Assembly (NCBI GenBank): GCA_965140445.1 | Contig: OZ223236.1 | Coordinates: 3,168,001-3,232,000, forward strand | From: Candidatus Ozemobacteraceae bacterium | GTDB taxonomy: Bacteria > Muiribacteriota > Ozemobacteria > Ozemobacterales > Ozemobacteraceae | Length of the DNA: 64,000 bases | Reading direction: 5' to 3' | In this document: piece by piece, positions 20,172-30,900 of the stretch | Position numbering within the stretch: position 1 is the first letter of the stretch | Layout of the letters: each line of letters opens with the position of its first letter | Notes under the pieces: generated by a model | The model's input: only the letters and a program-made list of their open reading frames with translations | Database searches by the model: none | Told to the model about the DNA's origin: nothing | Program-made: the position numbers and the translations under genes

Positions 20172-21631
20172 TTAGATTTAGCATTGTTGTTGCGGTGGTT
20201 GGACTGGTAATTCAAGGGTTTGCTGCAGTTATGGGTATTCCTTTGCTGGTAGCCTTAATTTTAAAAGAATGGGGGTCTGCCGGACTCTTCCTTCTGTGCT
20301 CCATTACAGGTGTCGTAGCAGGCCAATTAGCCATGCGCTGCAACCCAAATCGGAATTTTGATGATTTAAGTCGTCTCGAAGGAATGGGAATTGTCGCTTT
20401 TGGATGGTTAGGAGTTGCATTAGTCGGTAGTATTCCATATCTGGGAAATGGATTAAGCTTCATTGACAGCTTATTCGAATCCATGAGTGGCTTTACCACA
20501 ACTGGAGCAACTATTTTCTCTGATTTTTCTCTTTATAATCAATCTCTTTTCTTTTATAGAGGATATACCCAATGGCTTGGTGGAATGGGAATTCTTGTTC
20601 TTTTTGTCGCCATTTTGCCCCATCTGGCTGTATCAGGCAGGCAACTGTTTTTCGCGGAAACATCTTCTGCTTCCCCTGAAAAATTAACTCCTAGAATTAG
20701 CCATACAGCACAAAATCTCTGGGGCTGGTATTTTTTCTTAACTCTTGTTCAAGCGTTAACTCTCTATGGCATAGGAATGCCATTAATTGACTCTTTTGCC
20801 AATACTTTTACCACAATGGCTGCTGGTGGATTCTCTCCACACCCTCAAAGCATTATGGGATACAACTCTGCTGCAGTGGAATGGGTAATTATCTTTTTTA
20901 TGTTTCTCGCGGGGGCGAATTTCACATTGCAGGTAAAAGCAGTAAAAGGTAGGCCGGGAGCTTTCTTTTCCAATTCCGAATTAAAAATTTATGCCTTAAT
21001 TATTGTAATTGCATCTTCTATTCTAACCTATGTCTTATATAATGCTAATCCTGATTCAGGTTTAATTTTTAACATCAGGACAGCACTTTTTCAGAACTTA
21101 AGTATATTAACGACAACCGGATTTGCATCAGTGGATTTTGAATTGTGGTCAGATAGTGCAAAAACGGTTCTGTTTGTTTTAATGTTTATTGGAGGTTGCT
21201 CCGGATCTGCTGGTGGCGGAATTAAAGTAATAAGACTTCTTTTACTTGTTAAGTATCTAGGGAAAGTTTTATTGCGTGCAGTCTACCCGGAAGCCATTTT
21301 AACGGTAAAACTTCAAAACCGAAGTTTTAAAGAAAAAGAAATTCAACCGGTTTTCTCATTTGTTACCATGTATTTTGCTTTTTTCGCAGTAGGGGGAACA
21401 ATTGCAACTCTTGTCGAAAGTAACTTAATCGTGGGATATACCGGGGCCATTGCGACTCTTGGAAATATTGGTCCAGGGTTTGGTTTGATTGGTCCGATGG
21501 GAACTTTTGCAAATCTGCATTGGATAACTAAAGGTGTTTTCACCTTTTTGATGTGGCTTGGACGACTTGAGATTATGGCCTTAGCCGTATTTTTGAGAAA
21601 AGAAACATGGACAGATTCCCGATGGAAGTAA
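20168..21631 (+). CDS. trkH: Trk system potassium uptake membrane subunit
   Basis: FESMSGFTTTGAT, QWLGGMGI, TTTGF, GGCSGSAGGGIK, GNIGPG, GRLEI; ATGA overlap with trkA. Confidence 0.95.
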   Translation: MIRFSIVVAVVGLVIQGFAAVMGIPLLVALILKEWGSAGLFLLCSITGVVAGQLAMRCNPNRNFDDLSRLEGMGIVAFGWLGVALVGSIPYLGNGLSFIDSLFESMSGFTTTGATIFSDFSLYNQSLFFYRGYTQWLGGMGILVLFVAILPHLAVSGRQLFFAETSSASPEKLTPRISHTAQNLWGWYFFLTLVQALTLYGIGMPLIDSFANTFTTMAAGGFSPHPQSIMGYNSAAVEWVIIFFMFLAGANFTLQVKAVKGRPGAFFSNSELKIYALIIVIASSILTYVLYNANPDSGLIFNIRTALFQNLSILTTTGFASVDFELWSDSAKTVLFVLMFIGGCSGSAGGGIKVIRLLLLVKYLGKVLLRAVYPEAILTVKLQNRSFKEKEIQPVFSFVTMYFAFFAVGGTIATLVESNLIVGYTGAIATLGNIGPGFGLIGPMGTFANLHWITKGVFTFLMWLGRLEIMALAVFLRKETWTDSRWK

Positions 21632-21662
21632 AACTATTTCCATTTATTTATATGGAGGGGCT

Positions 21663-21857
21663 ATGGACGGCACTATTAGAGCAAATGTAAAACCTGGTGC
21701 AAAAGTCAGGATTGTATTAAAGCAGGACCAAAAGTCCGGAAAACTTACGGACGGGATTGTTAAAGACCTTTTGACTAAATCACCCAATCATCATCATGGA
21801 ATTAAAGTTAGACTTGAAAGTGGTGAAATTGGGCGCGTAAAGGAAATTTGCGAATAA
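21663..21857 (+). CDS. YwbE family protein
   Basis: IVLKQDQ.SGKLT.G.VKDLLT.S..H.HGIKVRLE.G.IGRV signature. Confidence 0.88.
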   Translation: MDGTIRANVKPGAKVRIVLKQDQKSGKLTDGIVKDLLTKSPNHHHGIKVRLESGEIGRVKEICE

Positions 21858-21898
21858 AAAAAAGCCCGGATCCAACTGATCTGGGCTTTTTTTGTTTT
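21857..21898. terminator. bidirectional intrinsic terminator
   Basis: AAAAGCCCGGATC-caact-GATCTGGGCTTTT between convergent genes. Confidence 0.8.
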
Positions 21899-21903
21899 AA
21901 CTT

Positions 21904-23382
21904 TTAGCCATTACGTCTTCGGCGAGGGTGCCTGTTGCTATCGTTTGCCTGGCCATTAGAGGTTGAGGGCGGTGCCTTTCTTGGACCTGAAGGTTTGGAA
22001 TATCTTTTCCTTGGTGGCTGGGCTTCTCCGGCTTCATTGGTGCGTTCGCCATTTCCAGTTTTGCTTTTTTGGGGCTTTGGACTATTAGTTTTATTTCCCT
22101 GTTTTTTTGCGGCTCTGGCTCTTTCATCAGCTCTTTTTGCTCTATGAGCAGCAAGACGAACTCCAAGAGGTATTTCAAGAGCTTCTTTTGGTCTGGCAGA
22201 ATAGTCAAAATCTTCCAATGTAACTCTACGAATTTTCATTCCTATGTGATTTTCAATTCTTCTAAAATCAATAATCTCACCAGGAGAAACAAGGGTGCAG
22301 GCAATACCTTTCATATTCGCTCTAGCTGTTCTTCCTGAACGATGGATGTAATCATCTGGCAAATGGGGAACATCAAAATTTATAACGTGGGAAAGGGCTT
22401 CTACATCAATCCCTCTAGCGGCAATATCAGTGGCCACCAAAATTCTTATGGCCCCGGATTTAAAGTCGTTTAAAGCTTTAGTTCTTTGTGCCTGGCGCCT
22501 ATTTGCATGGATTGTGTCGCACTTAATTTTTCTTTCCGATAAGAATTCGGCCAATCGATTGGCACGATGTTTCGTGCGCGTAAAGATTATTGCGGTCTGA
22601 ATAGTTTTATCGCTAAGCATTTTATAGAGTAAGTGCTGCTTAAGAATGTCAGGGACAGGATAGTGGACGTGTTCTATTCCTCCTGCAACCATTGGAGGTC
22701 GTTCCAGATTAATTGAAAATGGATTTTTTAACAATGTGTCTGCAAGTTTTAGTATTGGTTCTGGCATTGTTGCAGAAAATAACATCGTTTGTCTTGGTGT
22801 CTTAGGAAGTTGAGCCAAAACTTTACGAATATCAGGCAGGAAACCCATATCTAACATTCTGTCTGCTTCATCAAGAATTAAGTATTTTAGATGCTCAAGG
22901 TTTGCATAACCGCGTGAAAAATGATCCAAAAGACGGCCTGGTGTGGCTGCAATTACATCAACGCCAGAGCGGAAAGCTCTTTCTTGCGGCCCCATTCCTA
23001 CGCCACCAAAAATAGCAGCACCTGAAAGGTTTGTGAAGCGTGATAAATCAGAGAAGTGCTCGTTAATCTGGGCAGCCAGTTCTCTTGTTGGTGCAATTAT
23101 CAAAACGCTCGTTTTACGTTCAAATCTTTTTCCTGCAATTTTATCGGCTTCCTGGGACTCAAGAAGGCGATTTAGAACAGGTAATAAAAAAGCAGCGGTT
23201 TTACCGCTTCCCGTTTGTGCGCATGCTAGCAAGTCCCGGCCTTTTAAACCGGCTGGAATTACGCTTGCTTGAACGGGAGTAGGTTTTAAAAAGCCCATGC
23301 TCTTTACGGCTTTTTGAAGTCGTTCGTTTAAAGTGGAAAAAGGTACAGCATCAATTTGTTGTGAATTTTGAGAAGTGGTCAT
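21904..23382 (-). CDS. DEAD-box RNA helicase (RhlE-like) with basic C-terminal tail
   Basis: PTPVQ, AQTGSGKT, PTRELA, TPGRLLD, DEADRMLDMGF, SAT, HRSGRTAR; start placed at ATG 23382 because the upstream GC-rich segment looks like an RNA leader. Confidence 0.93.
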   Translation of the reverse strand: MTTSQNSQQIDAVPFSTLNERLQKAVKSMGFLKPTPVQASVIPAGLKGRDLLACAQTGSGKTAAFLLPVLNRLLESQEADKIAGKRFERKTSVLIIAPTRELAAQINEHFSDLSRFTNLSGAAIFGGVGMGPQERAFRSGVDVIAATPGRLLDHFSRGYANLEHLKYLILDEADRMLDMGFLPDIRKVLAQLPKTPRQTMLFSATMPEPILKLADTLLKNPFSINLERPPMVAGGIEHVHYPVPDILKQHLLYKMLSDKTIQTAIIFTRTKHRANRLAEFLSERKIKCDTIHANRRQAQRTKALNDFKSGAIRILVATDIAARGIDVEALSHVINFDVPHLPDDYIHRSGRTARANMKGIACTLVSPGEIIDFRRIENHIGMKIRRVTLEDFDYSARPKEALEIPLGVRLAAHRAKRADERARAAKKQGNKTNSPKPQKSKTGNGERTNEAGEAQPPRKRYSKPSGPRKAPPSTSNGQANDSNRHPRRRRNG

Positions 23383-23516
23383 AAATTTCCAATATGGTTC
23401 GGGAGCGGTGATACGATCTCCGATTGCGGCCCCAGCTTTGGAGTCGATCGGGGGATCAGCCGGGAAAACCACCGAACGGGCAATGGCCCTAAATAATGGG
23501 AAAACCCCATTGGAAA
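23383..23516 (-). ncRNA. candidate structured cis-regulatory 5' leader RNA of the DEAD-box helicase
   Basis: GC-rich island with nested complementary segments between promoter and start codon; no family recognised. Confidence 0.6.
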
Positions 23517-23519
23517 ACT

Positions 23520-23548
23520 ATTATAACGTAAATGGGAAAAAATAGCAA
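23520..23548 (-). promoter_or_regulatory. sigma70 promoter TTGCTA-N17-TATAAT for the helicase
   Basis: consensus -10 and 17-nt spacer directly before the structured leader. Confidence 0.75.
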
Positions 23549-23630
23549 TTTTAGGGTGTTTTGCGAAATTCTTTTTTTTTATGTATAGATAATAAGAAAG
23601 TTTTTTCCATATCAATTTGATGAAAAAGTT

Positions 23631-24149
23631 GTGAAAAAAATGCAGAAAAAAATAGAGTTAATAACTCCAAAAAATGGAAGAGTATTTAGCTGTTTTCCAG
23701 CGGCGGTAATAGTATTTCTTGTCAATGAGAAAGAAGAGTTTTTAATGCTTTCTCATCCAGATCGTAAAGGACAATGGGAGCCTGTTAACGGAGGGGTTGA
23801 GAATTTTGGAAACATTCTTGAAAACGCCTTAAGGGAGTTAAAAGAAGAGATAGGAAATGATGTTAAGGTAAAGCCTTTAGGAACAGTTCACACCATGTCT
23901 TTTAATTATGATTCAAATTGTCCAAATATGATAAGTATCTGCTATTTGATGAAATTTTTGAGCGGAGATATTTTGCCGGGGGACGATATGGCAGGGAGTG
24001 ATTTCAAGTGGTTTTCTCTGGAAGAAATTTACCAAACTTCGACCAACTTAATTGTACCAGAAAATGGAAAATGGTTGTATGAAAGAGCAATTGAATTATT
24101 CCGGCTTTGGAAGGATAAAGAGCAAATTCTTGAGAATCAAAAGGATTAA
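23631..24149 (+). CDS. NUDIX hydrolase
   Basis: GGVE......ALRELKEEIG Nudix box. Confidence 0.85.
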   Translation: MKKMQKKIELITPKNGRVFSCFPAAVIVFLVNEKEEFLMLSHPDRKGQWEPVNGGVENFGNILENALRELKEEIGNDVKVKPLGTVHTMSFNYDSNCPNMISICYLMKFLSGDILPGDDMAGSDFKWFSLEEIYQTSTNLIVPENGKWLYERAIELFRLWKDKEQILENQKD

Positions 24150-24152
24150 AAA

Positions 24153-25163
24153 GTGAATCAAACCTATAAAGGGAATAGAATTACAAATAAAGAAGTGAAT
24201 AAAAAGTTTCACTCTTTCTGCTCAGAAGGAGACATTAAAAGCGGATGGAAGTTTTTATTGTCCATTGAAAAACCCGGAATTGAAATTAATAAATTAATTA
24301 AAAAAGTTGAAAATAGATTTTTTTCAGACCCACCTAGATTGAGATTCAAAACGAAAATCCCTTGGGTTAGAGCCGTTTTGAAAAGTTATTCTCAATACTT
24401 TATACAGGTTTTGACCAAAAAGTTTTCTCATGAAAATAGCGAAAAGAAACTTTTCAAAATGCTTTGCAAAAACTTTCCCTATAAAAAGTTTAAAGATTTA
24501 GATGAGGTTGAAAGCTTTTTGGAACAGGAATTTGAAAGGGTAGGGTGGTTCTTTCTTGGCGGAATTACTTATCCTTTTCGAGGCCCTTACATTTTTGAGA
24601 AAAAAGAAACCAAAAATTTTGAAGTTGATCTGCCATTAGGAAGAAAAAGGCTAAAAGTTGTTTTCCTTTCTAAAAAGCATTGCAATTCCTGGATGGATTT
24701 CGCAAGTTTTGGAAAAATTGGAACTGGCGGCTGGGCCAAAGAAGACGGATTATACTGTGTTAGTGAAGGCTATGACGTGAATTGTCCCAGATTTAAAATT
24801 AGCTACCTAAAGCATGAAGCTCAACATTTTGACGATTATGAAAGGTTCCCTTTTGTTAAAGAAGGTCATCAGACCATTCTTGAGTTTCGGGCAAAACTAG
24901 TAGAAATAATAAATGCTGATTCACCTGTCGTTTTTAACTATTTTATGGACGAAGCTATGGCAAATCAAGATTTCCCCCATATCAAGGCTTCACGTCACAT
25001 TAAATTGGAAATGCAAAAAAAACTTGGCTCAAAGATGATTGCTAATGTTAGAGAATTAAATGAATTAGGGCTAATAAAAAAAATGGCTAATGAAATTTTT
25101 ATCGAGAATACTGAGGAACTTAAAAAAGGCTTGTTTTTGGGGCAAAATCTATTTGATAAATGA
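24153..25163 (+). CDS. hypothetical protein with HExxH motif (putative zinc metallopeptidase)
   Basis: SYLKHEAQHFDD followed by LEFRAKLVE. Confidence 0.65.
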   Translation: MNQTYKGNRITNKEVNKKFHSFCSEGDIKSGWKFLLSIEKPGIEINKLIKKVENRFFSDPPRLRFKTKIPWVRAVLKSYSQYFIQVLTKKFSHENSEKKLFKMLCKNFPYKKFKDLDEVESFLEQEFERVGWFFLGGITYPFRGPYIFEKKETKNFEVDLPLGRKRLKVVFLSKKHCNSWMDFASFGKIGTGGWAKEDGLYCVSEGYDVNCPRFKISYLKHEAQHFDDYERFPFVKEGHQTILEFRAKLVEIINADSPVVFNYFMDEAMANQDFPHIKASRHIKLEMQKKLGSKMIANVRELNELGLIKKMANEIFIENTEELKKGLFLGQNLFDK

Positions 25164-25666
25164 TGAAATTTCAAAGAAATTTTTCTCCATTATGTATTCC
25201 AGCTCTTTTCAAAAGAATTTTGCTTGTCCTCTATCAAAAGATATTTTTTAATAAAGTAAACTATTTTCATTTCGTAAAATTAGCTGATTTTGCACGTTCT
25301 ACTGGATTTTTATGGAGTTCGGTAAATCTGGCAAATATAGTTATTAGAAAATCCCAAAGCCAAGCGGATATATTTTGGGCCACTCAAGTCAAGGCTACTT
25401 CATTGCAGTATGCTTTTCGTTATAAAGAAGCTGACAGAGCCTTTATTTATGCTATTTCTATAAGCCCGGGCGAATATGAAAAGAGCTTCGCTTTGCAGCA
25501 CATTGGAAAATCAAAAATGGAGCAAGGTGAAACAAAAACTGCTTTAGCCTATCTAAATTGCGCTCTTAAGATAAGAAAGAAAATTGGAAACAGAAACCTT
25601 ATAAATTCAACTTTATTAGCAGTTTCAGCGGTAAAAAAGGATTTAAAAAAGAAAGATGATGGTTAA
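25160..25666 (+). CDS. hypothetical protein with TPR-like C-terminus
   Basis: FALQHIGKSKMEQG....AL.YL..ALKIR. Confidence 0.55.
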   Translation: MMKFQRNFSPLCIPALFKRILLVLYQKIFFNKVNYFHFVKLADFARSTGFLWSSVNLANIVIRKSQSQADIFWATQVKATSLQYAFRYKEADRAFIYAISISPGEYEKSFALQHIGKSKMEQGETKTALAYLNCALKIRKKIGNRNLINSTLLAVSAVKKDLKKKDDG

Positions 25667-25674
25667 AAAATAAT

Positions 25675-26052
25675 ATGAATAAAAAAATTGTTTTAAAGTT
25701 TTGGGAGCTAATGGAAGAAAATGATTTTTATGCCGTCGGTTCAATCTTAGATGACAATTATGAGTGTTTTTGGCCTCAATCGAATGAGTTAATTATTGGG
25801 CGAGAAAATTTTGCTTTAATAAATTCTAATTATCCGGCTAATGGAAAATGGCGTTTTACGATTAATTCAATCTTAGCAGAAGGAAATCAAGTTGTTACAG
25901 ACGTAAGCGTTACTGATGGTGATATTAAAGGAAGAGCGATTACGTTTCACGAGGTTAAAAATAATTTAATCGTTAAGCAAATTGAATTTTGGCCAGATTC
26001 GTTTTCTCCGCCTGAATGGAGAAAGAGTTGGGTTAAGTTGGTCTCAGAATAG
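25675..26052 (+). CDS. SnoaL/NTF2-like protein
   Basis: WPQSNELIIGRENF...N..YP..G.WRF signature. Confidence 0.85.
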   Translation: MNKKIVLKFWELMEENDFYAVGSILDDNYECFWPQSNELIIGRENFALINSNYPANGKWRFTINSILAEGNQVVTDVSVTDGDIKGRAITFHEVKNNLIVKQIEFWPDSFSPPEWRKSWVKLVSE

Positions 26053-26116
26053 CTAATAGCTGTTAAGAAACTTTGTATTTTTGATTCCAGGTAAATCTAA
26101 TTTATTAGGAGTTTTC

Positions 26117-26539
26117 GTGGAAATTACATTTCAAACAGATTGCCAGAACATTGATTGGCATAAGGTTAAAGAGTTGTTAAAAGTTGTGGGAATGGCAAAT
26201 TTCTCACCTGAAAAGCATAAACTAGCTTTTCAAAACAGTGAATATAAAGTTTTTGCCTTTTTTAAAAATGAACTGGTTGGTTTTGGGCGAGCCATATCTG
26301 ATAATGCCTATCAAGCTGCCATATATGATCTGGCAATTTCCCCGGAATTTCAAGGGCAAGGATTGGGAAAAAGGATTCTTGCCAAAATTTTAAAAGCACT
26401 ACCGGGTTGTAATTTCATTTTGTATTCATCTCCGGGAAAAGAAGATTTTTATTGCAAACAAGGATTTAAAAAAATGAAAACAGGCATGGCTATTTTCTTA
26501 AATTCGGCAGCAGCTTCAGAACGAGGGTTTACTGAATAA
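26117..26539 (+). CDS. GNAT N-acetyltransferase
   Basis: LVGFGRAISD..Y.A.IYDLAI.PEFQGQGLG; GTG start after SD AGGAG. Confidence 0.88.
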   Translation: MEITFQTDCQNIDWHKVKELLKVVGMANFSPEKHKLAFQNSEYKVFAFFKNELVGFGRAISDNAYQAAIYDLAISPEFQGQGLGKRILAKILKALPGCNFILYSSPGKEDFYCKQGFKKMKTGMAIFLNSAAASERGFTE

Positions 26540-26556
26540 AGGTAAAAAATAGATTT

Positions 26557-27798
26557 ATGGATAAGAAAGCAGAATTTGATCTAATTGTAGTCGGGGCTGG
26601 TCCATCCGGTCTTATAGCTGCCATAGTAGCTGCAAGGCGGGGTAAAAAAGTTCTGGTTCTGGAAAAGTTGGAAGAGATTGGTACAAAGCTCAGAGCAACT
26701 GGTGGTGGGCGATGTAATCTTTCCAACCAAATAGAAGTAACTGAATTTGTAAAAAGATTTGGTCGCGAAGGAAAGTTTATCATTCCCGCAATAAATCTTT
26801 TTGGCTCTGCTGAACTCCAATCTTTTTTCTCAGGGATTGGTGTGGAATGCCACGCTCCAGACGGCTTTCATGTTTTCCCAGTTACTCACCGGTCCGAAAC
26901 AGTTATTGAAGCATTAGAAAAAGAATTAAAGGCTCTCAACGTAAAAGTATGCTTTTCTCAAATAACCACTTCGGTATTAATTGAAAACAAAGTTGTCGTT
27001 GGAGTTAAAACAAAGGATCAATCCTACTCAGGCAGTAATGTTCTTTTATGCACAGGTGGTCCAGGTTATCCAATGCTAGGTTCAAGTACCGATGGAATGG
27101 AAATGGCTAAAGCTCTTGGTCACAAAATTACCCCGCTTTACCCGGCCATGCTTCCGCTGTTCACTAAAGAATCCTGGGTTAAAAATTGCAGATCAGATAC
27201 TATTTCAGGCGTTGAAATCAAAATAAATTTACCCAAAGTTACTATTAAAAGTAGGCGAGGGGACCTGATTTTTACGGTTGATGGTCTAAGAGGACCAGTT
27301 ATTCTTGACTTTGCAAGGGAAATTACTCCTCTTTTAGAAAAATATAAAGAAGTTCCTATTTTAGTAAATTTGTCACGAGGCAATAATGAAGAAAGTTTGC
27401 GTGTTCTGTTTAAAGAATCGCTGTTAAAGCTTCCTGATGCGACACCAGAAATAGTGTTGAAAAAAATAATTCCTGCGCCTTTGATAAAAGAGTTATGTAA
27501 ACTTGTATCCGTTGATTATTTAAAACCAATAAAAAATTTAAAACCATCTAAGCGAGATGAGCTTTTAAAAATATTGGCATGGACTCCTCTTACGATAACC
27601 GGTAATTCTGGTTTTAAAGCAGCTATGATTACCAGAGGCGGTGTTTCATTAAAAGAGGTTGATCCTAAGACTTTGAAAAGTAGGATTATTGAAGGCCTTT
27701 ATTTTGCTGGAGAAATTCTTAATATTGATGGACCTTGTGGTGGATTTAACCTTCAGTGGGCTTTTTCAAGCGGTTATATCGTAGGTCAATTTTGTTAA
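26557..27798 (+). CDS. HI0933/BaiN-family NAD(P)/FAD-dependent flavoprotein
   Basis: VVGAGPSG, GTKLRATGGGRCN, TRGGV, GLYFAGEIL.IDG.CGGFNLQWAFSSG. Confidence 0.93.
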   Translation: MDKKAEFDLIVVGAGPSGLIAAIVAARRGKKVLVLEKLEEIGTKLRATGGGRCNLSNQIEVTEFVKRFGREGKFIIPAINLFGSAELQSFFSGIGVECHAPDGFHVFPVTHRSETVIEALEKELKALNVKVCFSQITTSVLIENKVVVGVKTKDQSYSGSNVLLCTGGPGYPMLGSSTDGMEMAKALGHKITPLYPAMLPLFTKESWVKNCRSDTISGVEIKINLPKVTIKSRRGDLIFTVDGLRGPVILDFAREITPLLEKYKEVPILVNLSRGNNEESLRVLFKESLLKLPDATPEIVLKKIIPAPLIKELCKLVSVDYLKPIKNLKPSKRDELLKILAWTPLTITGNSGFKAAMITRGGVSLKEVDPKTLKSRIIEGLYFAGEILNIDGPCGGFNLQWAFSSGYIVGQFC

Positions 27799-27932
27799 AG
27801 CAGCATTCTTTCAACAATTAAAAACTGAAAAAAAGGTTTTCAAATCGGAAAATTCAGTCGAAATGGTTGTGTAACATTAATTTCAGGAGTACAATGGTTG
27901 ATAAATAAAAAGAATATCATGGGAATGTTGTA

Positions 27933-30900
27933 ATGAATTTTGAGAAAATATTAAAAGTTAGTTTATTTTTTCTGATAGTTTTTAGTCTGGTTCTGGTTGG
28001 ATGCCGACTTACAGGAAACTATTCTGACAATACAAACTCTTTTTCCACCGTAAAAGGTTCAATTCAAGGCAAAATTAGTTTTACTGCAAAGAAAAACTAT
28101 CGAATTTCTGGAATAAGATATCAAGAATTGACTGGACTGGTTTCTGCGGCAGGAGCAGAAGTTTGGCTAGAAGATATGCCTGATATTCCCCATGTTTTTA
28201 CCAATGCATCTGGAGTTTATAGCTTTCCTGATGTTCCAGTAGGCGACCATGTTGTCATTGCTAAGTTGCTGATAAATAATGTCGTTCAAAAAGCAAGATC
28301 TGAAAATGTTTCAGTAACTGCGGATGCTAATATAGTTAGTGTTCCGGAAGTACAGTTGGAAAATGCCAGTAACGTCCTAACCGGAGTATTAAAAGATTCC
28401 AGTGGCGTACCCCTTCCCCCTGGCACATTGCTAACACTTTGGGGTGAAAGTTTTTCTGTCGGGCTAGACGGGTTATTTACAACTCCGCCTTTGCCAGATA
28501 GCATTGATACGGCAGAAGTTTTTGTAAAAATCCCCGGAAGTCAAGAAGTTACAAGTTTTGTAGGACCTTTTGTTGAATCTGGAGCACCTGCTTTTGTTGA
28601 ACAGCAAATTCTTCCCGTTGCTGATAGTAATCATGCTCCTTCTGGGGTTTTGCTTTCCAAAGATGCTTTGGGAAATGAAACCATTAAATGTAAGGTTTTA
28701 GATAAACTATATATTACATTAACCCCATTCGATCCTGATGCAAACGACATATCGCTATTAGAATTTAAATGGAATGTTTCTAATGGGTCCCTTATCATGG
28801 GATCTTCCGGTAAAGATGCAGTGTGGACAGCCATGGAAAATTCAGGGGTAGCAACCATTTCGGTTGAGATTAAAGACCCGAAAAATGCAACATCCACTGT
28901 AAATTTAAGGTTACTTGTTGATGCCGAATCAATAGACATGGTTGATTCAGCAGGGCCGGTTATAATAAGTAAAATTCCAGATCAAGGAGCGACCTCTGTT
29001 GATATTTCTTCCAAAATTGAAGTTGTTTTTGATGAAGAATTACAGGCTAACTCTATAACTAATGACTCAGTTACGGTTTCAAATGCAGGTGAAAATATTT
29101 CTGGAATAGTTGAGTTACAGCCAGACAAAAAAACAATAATCTGGTCTGGCCTAACTTCTCTTGTATCTGGTTCCGAGATAATTGCAACAGTTAATGGGGA
29201 CATTCGAGATGTTAATGGTAATCCATCCGGAAAAGAAACTACCTGGACATTCCAGACTCTTGGCGAAACCAAGGTTATTTCCACAAATCCTTTTTTCACT
29301 GCCGCAGCTCCGACAAAAAATATTACTGCTTTTGTTTTTGGAGGGCTTACCCCTCAAGTTGACGGAATTATAGATGAAAACTCCAAAAAAATTGCTTTGA
29401 TTGTGCCGTTTGGTACAGATGTTACATCTCTGATACCGTCTGTTACTCACAACGGGATTAATTTAAGTCCGGCATCGGGGATTCAGCAGGACTTTTCAAC
29501 CCCGGTAAATTATACTGTATCTGCTTATGATGGCAGTTCACAGGTTTATGAAGTTACTGTTATTGAATCTGCCAATCCAACTAAATCTATCACTTCCTTT
29601 ACTTTTGAAAGCTTGAATCCAGATGTTTCTGGAGTGGTTGATGATGTCGCAAAAACAATTACAGTAAATGTCCCTTATGGAACTAGCATTACCAATATAG
29701 CTCCTACTATTACCCATAGTGGAGCCAGCATTTCTCCTGCTTCAGGAGTGAGACGAAATTTTACTAATCCTGTTACATATACCGTTACAGCAACAAATGG
29801 AACTACTCAGGAATACACGGTTACTGTTACCACTGGCGGTCTTTTTGACTGTAACATTTCAGCATTTAACTTTTATGGTTTATCTCCCTCTGTTATAGGT
29901 AATATTAACAATGATGATCTGACAATTACTTTAGTAGTCCCAAGAGGAACAAATCTCACATCTTTAGTTCCTACTATTTCACACAATGGGGCTAGTATAT
30001 CTCCAGTATCTGGTGTAGCTCGAAACTTTACCAATCCGGTTAGCTATACTGTTAATGCGCGCTTATGGTTGTCCCAAACCTATCAGGTTTACGTAGTTGA
30101 AGAACCGAATCTAAATTGTGTGATTAATACTTTTGATTTTGAAGGTTTAAACCCGTCTATTTCTGGTGAAGTCGATACTGCACTGAGAAAAGTTGTTTTA
30201 AACGTCCCATATGGCACAAATGTCACCTCGTTGGTGCCAACCATTTCACATACAGGTGTGAGCATTTCACCGGCTTCGGGGGTGCCAGTTAATTTTTCTA
30301 ATCCTGTAAATTACGTAGTAACTGCTTCTGATGGGTCTACGCAAACTTTTCAGGTTCAGGTAGTAGTATCTTCAAGCACTTCAAAAGATATTATTTCCTT
30401 TGATTTTGAGGATTTTGATCCAGTTGTAGAGGGAGATATAATAAGTTTCTGGTTCCGATCTGTTTCTTTAACCGTACCATACGGAACAGACGTTACGGCC
30501 CTGACTCCTACAATTAGGCATTCGGGAGTTAGTATTAATCCACCCTCTGGAACTCCACAAAACTTTTCTAACAGCAGAACCTACACTGTTACTGCAGCTA
30601 ATGGTTCAACCAATAATTACACGGTTACGGTAACTGTTGCCCCAAACATTGCTAAGGAAATTACTTCATTTAGTTTTGAGGGCTTGAACCCTCCAGTTTA
30701 TGGTTTGATAAATGATGCTGCCAGGGTTATTTCCATTACAGTACCATACGGAACAAATATAACTGCTTTAACACCCACAATTGTCCATACCGGTACTGGA
30801 ATCTCTCCTCTTTCAGGAGTTGCACAAAACTTTACCAATACAGTTAGTTACAATGTGGTAGCTGCTAATGGTTCGACAAAGACTTACAATGTAAATGTTA

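Noticed and set aside
23383..23472. N-terminal extension of the helicase given in the ORF track
   Set aside because: It lies before the Q-motif region, has atypical GC content and extensive pairing, and is better explained as a 5' UTR
23631..27798. Integron cassette array (run of small co-oriented NUDIX/SnoaL/GNAT genes)
   Set aside because: Gaps are mostly too short, no attC (RYYYAAC...GTTRRRY) structures are seen, and there is no integrase
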